Shown: in pieces, positions 59,245 to 64,000 of the stretch
How the letters are laid out: the number at the start of each line of letters is the position of its first letter
Numbering within the stretch: the stretch's first letter is position 1
From: an uncultured Candidatus Saccharibacteria bacterium
GTDB lineage: Bacteria > Patescibacteriota > Minisyncoccia > Minisyncoccales > JAGMDC01
Reading direction: 5' to 3'
DNA length: 64,000 nucleotides
Assembly: GCA_964615205.1 (NCBI GenBank)
Contig: CAZTQA010000002.1
Coordinates: 53,286-117,285, forward strand
Translations under genes and position numbers: made by a program
The notes under the pieces: model-generated
Database searches by the model: none
The model's input: the letters and a program-made list of their open reading frames with translations, nothing else
Told to the model about the DNA's origin: nothing

Positions 59245-59877
59245 TTAAAACAATTTTTTCAGCCAGTTAGAAAATCTGCCCAACAACCATTTATGTTGTT
59301 TTTCCCCTTGGGCTAACTGCTGTAATCTTTCCTGCTCCTGCTCCATATTCTGTATTTGCTCCTGAAGCATAGCTTCTATTTCTCCTTCGCAATCGCATTG
59401 TTCTCTTAATTGGTTCAGCTGTTCTATTCTTTCTCTGTTGCGGTTAACTTCCTGTTCTATCAATTCAGCCGCTTCCTCGTCTCCTCCCGCAAAGAACCTG
59501 ACAATGCGGTTTCTTTTTTCAATCCTCTCTTCTGCCTTAATGGTTGACTGAACCGAATTATTAAACTCCTGGGCAATCTGCGATACTTCAGAACCAATCC
59601 CTCCTATTATGTCTTTCATTTCCAGCAAAGAATGAACCGCTGTTCTTACCTGATTCTGGTTTTTATAAACTTTCTGACTAATTTCTTCCATTGACTGTAT
59701 TTCTTGCTCCATTTCCTGCTGTTTTTGCTCTATTTTCTGCTTTACTTCCTTTATTTTTTCAGCTGCGACCTGGCTCATATTCTGGCTTTGCGCTTGTTGC
59801 TGTATCTGCTGATTTTGAGCCAAAACAGCTGAGGCAAAGAAGATTAAAAATAATGAAAGAATAATTATTTTTTTCAT
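59245..59877 (-). CDS. Secreted Gln/Glu-rich coiled-coil protein
   Basis: signal peptide; QQ/EQ-rich heptads. Confidence 0.4.
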   Translation of the reverse strand: MKKIIILSLFLIFFASAVLAQNQQIQQQAQSQNMSQVAAEKIKEVKQKIEQKQQEMEQEIQSMEEISQKVYKNQNQVRTAVHSLLEMKDIIGGIGSEVSQIAQEFNNSVQSTIKAEERIEKRNRIVRFFAGGDEEAAELIEQEVNRNRERIEQLNQLREQCDCEGEIEAMLQEQIQNMEQEQERLQQLAQGEKQHKWLLGRFSNWLKKLF

Positions 59878-59998
59878 ATTTTTAGAATAAATAAATTATT
59901 GATTAAGACCTTTTGTTCTCATTCTTTTGTTCTAACAATATTATACCAAAAATTCGCCATTTTACCAAATCTCCGCTGCTCGATTCTACATAATAAAA

Positions 59999-60214
59999 TC
60001 AACTGGATAGAAAAAACAGTTTATCAATAGATACTTTTAATTCTTTAGCTAATTTTAAGGCAAGTTTTAAAGATGGATTGTACTTTCCCTGCTCAAGAAA
60101 AACAATGGTTTCTCTGCGCACCTCAACCCGCTTAGCTAATTCTTCTTGAGTTAAGTTTCTTTTAATTCTAAACTCTTTTACTCTTACTCTAATCACGCTC
60201 ATTTCTTCTTTCAT
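59999..60214 (-). CDS. XRE/Cro-family HTH transcriptional regulator (YozG-like)
   Basis: '[39 protein letters not shown]' matches the HTH_XRE pattern. Confidence 0.75.
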   Translation of the reverse strand: MKEEMSVIRVRVKEFRIKRNLTQEELAKRVEVRRETIVFLEQGKYNPSLKLALKLAKELKVSIDKLFFLSS

Positions 60215-60647
60215 ATATTTTAAATAAGACGGAGTAAAGAAGCATCAAAAAACAGACTGAATACAACAAAGTGCTACCAATGGCGAATAAGACTTCGTTT
60301 TCTTTCTCGGCGATATAGAGAATTAAACCAGCAATAACTGAAAAAGAAACATAAATCGTCATTGCCCACATAGAAGCTTTGCCCGCAATCTTATAATCCC
60401 GTTCATCTGTTATTACTTCTTTTACTCTGTTTCTTAAAGCGTACAAAGAAATCCAGGCAGTTATGAGAAAAATTACAGGCAAATACCAGTTGCCGTAATT
60501 AACAGATACGCTCACTACAATAGCCACAACAGTTACTGCTACAAGTTTATAAACTAAAAACAGTTTTTTGGTCATTATATTAATGTTAGAAAAACATAAC
60601 ATTCTTGTCAAGGGGTAAAACTGTCCTTTTTCTATTGGCTCATCCAT
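60189..60647 (-). CDS. Small membrane protein paired with the XRE regulator (DUF2975-like arrangement)
   Basis: 3-4 TM helices; overlaps the regulator gene. Confidence 0.4.
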   Translation of the reverse strand: MDEPIEKGQFYPLTRMLCFSNINIMTKKLFLVYKLVAVTVVAIVVSVSVNYGNWYLPVIFLITAWISLYALRNRVKEVITDERDYKIAGKASMWAMTIYVSFSVIAGLILYIAEKENEVLFAIGSTLLYSVCFLMLLYSVLFKIYERRNERD

Positions 60648-60659
60648 GACTTTAATTAT

Positions 60660-61595
60660 TTATTCTAAATTAAAATCAATGCACTCTTCTTCGTTAAAGC
60701 ATTTGCCTTCTCCGCAATCACAAACTTTTACTTCATGGCTATTTTCCAACGAACAACCGCAAGCGCCAATAAGACAGGTGTTTGGGAAATCACCTGTTGA
60801 CTTGCAACACATGGCTGTCGCAACAGTTCCTCCTGAAGATATACAGGCCTGATCTGTTGTTATCTCTTTTATGGTGAACACTACATCGCTAATATCATAT
60901 ACGCTGCTATTTTGACTATCTTCTACAGTAACTAAATACTTATCTGAAGCTGGCAGGTCTTCCACGCCTAAAACTTCTGCATACACATCTTGCACGGTCC
61001 ATTCATATTTGCCCGTGTTTGGAAAATCAGACGTAATGGCAGCACTAAAGCTCTGACCTTCCCCATCACTTAAAATTCCCAACCTTATATTAACAGATTC
61101 CACTTCCTCTGCTGCCCTCCACAATATCTGAACTTTTTTACCCTTTGACCAAACTTCTCCGCCGTTTGGCGAAACAACTATTATACCTTCTTCAGGAACC
61201 ACAACACATCCTGTATAATATTTTTCAATATTATTTTCTAATACAAAAGCAGTATCCCCTTTGCTCCAGAAGATAAAAGATTCATCGCTGTTGGCATAAC
61301 GTCCTCCGTCTGCGGAAATTGTTTGGGGCAGATCAAAGCTTCTGCCATCATTTAAAACAAGCTTCACGCTTCCTGAAGGAATCGGCTGTTCGCCCGGCTC
61401 TACTGATTCCTCTTCTTTTTTATAGAAAGCGGCCTCTATTGTTCTATCGTCATCACAAAGATAAGTAACTTGAGCTATAAGAGATGGCGAAGGAGAAGGA
61501 GAAAGATCTTCCTCTCCATTTTGACTGGCATACCATATTCCCACACCAGCAAGAATAATAAGTATTACTATAATAAATATAAGATTTTTTTTCAT
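60660..61595 (-). CDS. Membrane-anchored extracellular protein with Cys-rich C-terminus
   Basis: N-terminal TM helix; 12 Cys within the last 60 aa. Confidence 0.35.
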   Translation of the reverse strand: MKKNLIFIIVILIILAGVGIWYASQNGEEDLSPSPSPSLIAQVTYLCDDDRTIEAAFYKKEEESVEPGEQPIPSGSVKLVLNDGRSFDLPQTISADGGRYANSDESFIFWSKGDTAFVLENNIEKYYTGCVVVPEEGIIVVSPNGGEVWSKGKKVQILWRAAEEVESVNIRLGILSDGEGQSFSAAITSDFPNTGKYEWTVQDVYAEVLGVEDLPASDKYLVTVEDSQNSSVYDISDVVFTIKEITTDQACISSGGTVATAMCCKSTGDFPNTCLIGACGCSLENSHEVKVCDCGEGKCFNEEECIDFNLE

Positions 61596-61635
61596 ATTTT
61601 TAATTTAAATTAATGACCTTTTCTTTAGTATATCA

Positions 61636-61666
61636 AAAAACCGCCTGGCTGCGCAAGGCGGTTTTG
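61636..61666 (-). terminator. Intrinsic terminator (ccgcctg..caggcgg hairpin plus U-run) for the ASCH gene
   Basis: read directly. Confidence 0.6.
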
Positions 61667-61714
61667 GACCTGTCCTCTGCTGGGCTCCCCTTGCTGGACG
61701 CATTTAGAACCCTG
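61667..61714. repeat. Conserved 3'UTR element, copy A (TGTCCTCTGCTGGGCTCCCC...ACGCATTTAGAACCCTG)
   Basis: about 85% identical to copy B at 62829-62870 and related to copy C at 62155-62192; each copy sits between a stop codon and a terminator hairpin. Confidence 0.6.
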
Positions 61715-61759
61715 GATTGGAAAAAGGTAAGGGAAGAAATGGAATTATTAAAACCTATT

Positions 61760-62101
61760 TCAATCTAAAATAAAAGCTAAAATTCCATATTTGGATAATC
61801 TTTCTTTATATTTCGGAAAAGTATACCAAAGTTTTTTAGCTTCCATCTCTGAAGATGCAAAAGGCATTATTTCCTTAAAATTGAATTTATCTAATAGTTT
61901 ATCTACGGTTTTAAAATGATATACTTTTTCAACCCTCTTTTTGAGCTTTTTGCCTGAACAAGAAAATACTAAAACATCCCCTTCTTTTATTTTTAAGTAT
62001 GTTGAACTACCAGCTCTTGTCTCTATCTTTTTTAAACCTTTCTCAATAGCTTCAAAAAAAGGTTTATCTTTTTTTCTTATTAATAATCTATATTCTTTCA
62101 T
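61760..62101 (-). CDS. ASCH-domain protein
   Basis: 'GLKKIETR' GxKxxExR motif and beta-barrel pattern. Confidence 0.6.
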   Translation of the reverse strand: MKEYRLLIRKKDKPFFEAIEKGLKKIETRAGSSTYLKIKEGDVLVFSCSGKKLKKRVEKVYHFKTVDKLLDKFNFKEIMPFASSEMEAKKLWYTFPKYKERLSKYGILAFILD

Positions 62102-62124
62102 AAATCTATATTTCTATAGTATCA

Positions 62125-62150
62125 AAAAATCGCCAGTTTGGCGACTTTTT
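62125..62150 (-). terminator. Intrinsic terminator (tcgcc-agttt-ggcga hairpin flanked by A- and T-runs)
   Basis: read directly. Confidence 0.55.
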
Positions 62151-62154
62151 TTCT

Positions 62155-62192
62155 TTGTTGTGCTCCGTCTACGAGACGATGTTAGAATCTGT
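62155..62192. repeat. Conserved 3'UTR element, copy C (GTGCTCCGTCTACGAGACGATGTTAGAATCTG)
   Basis: shares the GCTC...GACG.ATTTAGAA(T/C)C core with copies A and B. Confidence 0.45.
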
Positions 62193-62225
62193 TTAGTTGA
62201 AGCTAATTGATGATAATTTATTGAT

Positions 62226-62388
62226 TTGGAGTTTTTTTAGGTTTCCCTGATACTGATGATGTAGCTACTAAACCTATCCCAACAATAAGTATGGTAATTC
62301 TGGCTGGCAAAGGAAAAACATCTAAAATCATTAAAATAGCACTTACCAGCGCTAATAAAATCCCTAATATAAATAAAGTCTTATTCAT
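62226..62388 (-). CDS. Possible 54-aa small membrane peptide (not in the ORF track)
   Basis: hand translation gives MNKTLFILGILLALVSAILMILDVFPLPARITILIVGIGLVATSSVSGKPKKTPNQ; two hydrophobic helices; followed by 3'UTR element copy C and a terminator. Confidence 0.3.
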
Positions 62389-62798
62389 GGCAAATATATT
62401 TTGTTATCAAATTATTTAGACCTTTGTTTTATTCTACTAAAAAACCGGCCTCTTGACGAGATCGGCTCTAAAAAACAAGCCAACATAAATTGAGTAAGAA
62501 GGATTATTTATCTTAGTATTATTTATTGTTAATATTTTCTTTTTTTTCAACTGTCAAAAAAGTAAGCCACAAAATAAATGGCCTCCGAAGCTTATCTAAA
62601 GACCAATCGTTATCCTTAAAAAGCGAAGCTTTCTCTATTTTAAAACGTGAAAGCAAAGACTTTGTGGCCTGCAGGTTTAAAGGAGATAATTTATTATGTT
62701 CTGATAAAAATTGTTGTTTTTTAGTCATTTATTTTTATTTTACATTAATTCTTTGAAAAAATCAAGCTCTTTTCAAAAATCTGAAAATGCCTAAACCA

Positions 62799-62823
62799 AA
62801 AGAACGAGGTCTGTCCTCGTTCC
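62799..62823 (-). terminator. Intrinsic terminator (gaacgagg-tctgt-cctcgttc hairpin plus U-run)
   Basis: read directly. Confidence 0.55.
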
Positions 62824-62828
62824 GTTTG

Positions 62829-62870
62829 TCTTCTGCTGGGCTCGCCCTAGCGAACGATTTTAGAACCTTG
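62829..62870. repeat. Conserved 3'UTR element, copy B (TGTCTTCTGCTGGGCTCGCCCTAGCGAACGATTTTAGAACCTTG)
   Basis: see copy A. Confidence 0.6.
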
Positions 62871-62962
62871 AGATGAGAAGATGTGTTTAAATATCCCGAA
62901 ACAACCCTACTCCAGTTAAAGGAATTGGTGGGACAATACTAGAGCCTATTTTAATCTAAAAC

Positions 62963-63913
62963 CTATTTGTTATATTTTTCTTTACCAATTTGGATCTCTG
63001 GCTCTATTTCTGCAACTCCCATTACAACATCCTTGCTAGCATAAAATTTCAATTCATTATAATCGTCTACATAAGAATTATAGATTAGCGCAAAACCTTG
63101 CTTTATTGTATTAAAAAAAACTCCGTTGTTCTCTATCCAGTTAACATTTAAACAATTAGCTGTGAAACCCTGGCTTGAACTAAAAACAGGACGAGAAGAA
63201 AGAGTAATTTGAGGTTGTTCAGACCAAAAAGAATTATCTTTTTGTTTTAAGTTTACATCTATAGTTTGATCAAGCTCTGTTTTAAAGCTTAATAGATAAA
63301 TTTCATTGTTCCAATTTGGACAGATTAAAGGAAACTTCTCCTCTTTAACGGATTGATACTCCATCCAATTATCTTCTATTTTTTCTTGATATACTATATT
63401 GCCTAACGGATAATTTACCCAGGAAACATGAAGATCATCAGCCTTATCTAAGTTAAAGTGCGGAAAAACATTATTTCCCGAATCTATCCCAATTATCTCT
63501 GATGGCAATTCCGTAGGTATCCAGTTCCAATCCTCTTTACGATACTTAATAAGTCTATTTTCCCCAGTGGAATCGTTTCCTGCCCATAAAATATGAACAA
63601 TATCTTTAGAGTCAATATTGATTAGAGGATCATTTTGTTGAAAATCAGCAACTGCAATATATTGCGTCTCTTCCCATCCGATAGTATTTCTTTTTTGGTA
63701 TTTTAAAATAGAATTTCCGGTATCATAGTCTGGCTCGCTCCAAATAACATGAACTTCGTCTTTGGAATCAATCATAATATGAGGACCAGGAAAAGCGTTA
63801 GCATCTATTTTCTCTCTTAATCTTTCTACTCCGTCTGAATTAACCACTACATATTGAAAATAATGGGAATCTACAAGGCACTTAGGATCATTTTCATCTC
63901 TTACTATAGTCAT
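62963..63913 (-). CDS. Hypothetical beta-propeller/BNR-like repeat protein
   Basis: repeated 'IDSKDxVHxxW...G...I.Y.K' units; an upstream in-frame ORF ends one TGA codon before the start. Confidence 0.35.
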   Translation of the reverse strand: MTIVRDENDPKCLVDSHYFQYVVVNSDGVERLREKIDANAFPGPHIMIDSKDEVHVIWSEPDYDTGNSILKYQKRNTIGWEETQYIAVADFQQNDPLINIDSKDIVHILWAGNDSTGENRLIKYRKEDWNWIPTELPSEIIGIDSGNNVFPHFNLDKADDLHVSWVNYPLGNIVYQEKIEDNWMEYQSVKEEKFPLICPNWNNEIYLLSFKTELDQTIDVNLKQKDNSFWSEQPQITLSSRPVFSSSQGFTANCLNVNWIENNGVFFNTIKQGFALIYNSYVDDYNELKFYASKDVVMGVAEIEPEIQIGKEKYNK

Positions 63914-64000
63914 AGCCTGTCATAACATATGAATATTATCCTTTGAATCAATCCCAATAGAAGAGAAATGACCTCCACCATTTGGGCTTTGGTCAGCATA

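Noticed and set aside
62519-62756. Small ORFs 62519..62728(-) and 62526..62756(+) in the gap upstream of the ASCH locus
   Set aside because: The two ORFs are mutually antisense and have low-complexity sequence and no motifs. The region more likely holds a promoter and UTR. I saw no coding signal.
63925-63927. TGA recoding (genetic code 25, TGA=Gly), suggested by the in-frame TGA between two repeat-containing ORFs
   Set aside because: TGA clearly terminates several well-defined genes here (52578..53000, 58294..59106, nrdG). The standard code 11 applies.

Overview
This AT-rich window reads like a Patescibacteria (CPR)-type genome. The genes are small and densely packed, and almost all lie on the minus strand. 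Many translationally coupled pairs share a stop/start overlap of ATGA type (GTGA at nrdG/comEC). A large share of the genes encode giant secreted proteins rich in Thr, Ser, Gly and acidic residues. I found no rRNA, tRNA, CRISPR array or obvious transposon.

Main content, in coordinate order:
- 3-5580: a secreted HExxH metallopeptidase and S-layer-like proteins carrying peptidoglycan-binding domains.
- 5806-7722: an ECF sigma/anti-sigma pair, a small HTH regulator, and an array of four GTCATATGAC palindromes in the sigma promoter.
- 7820-11326: an 1168-aa secreted protein combining a ComEA-type HhH DNA-binding domain, a lamin-tail domain and a PQQ-like beta-propeller.
- 11973-12618: a minimal PaaX-like regulator flanked by copies of a 24-bp perfect palindrome. 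A third copy sits 4 kb away.
- 12770-17617: an htrA-clpB operon that also carries a catalytically dead HtrA paralogue.
- 17601-22468: a polysaccharide cluster with a processive GT2 synthase, a GH5-like hydrolase, a membrane protein and a GH1 beta-glucosidase.
- 22488-26622: a coupled nrdD-nrdG-comEC unit.
- 27488-44028: a roughly 16.5-kb surface-protein operon. It holds four paralogous proteins with cohesin-like N-domains, a dockerin-bearing protein, and two pairs of a T-rich protein followed by a C-terminally anchored protein. It also holds an HTH-TM giant that appears to be split from the downstream 1240-aa protein by a frameshift.
- 44065-52512: a CDF-NifX-like fusion, ychF, and a set of smaller genes.
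- 53024-58214: a second ECF sigma/anti-sigma pair upstream of a MacAB-type ABC efflux system.
- 58294-63913: small secreted and regulatory proteins.

Several intergenic repeat families are present. These are dual-hairpin terminators, a conserved 3'UTR element found three times, and a GC-rich Y-shaped structured RNA candidate at 21126-21241.
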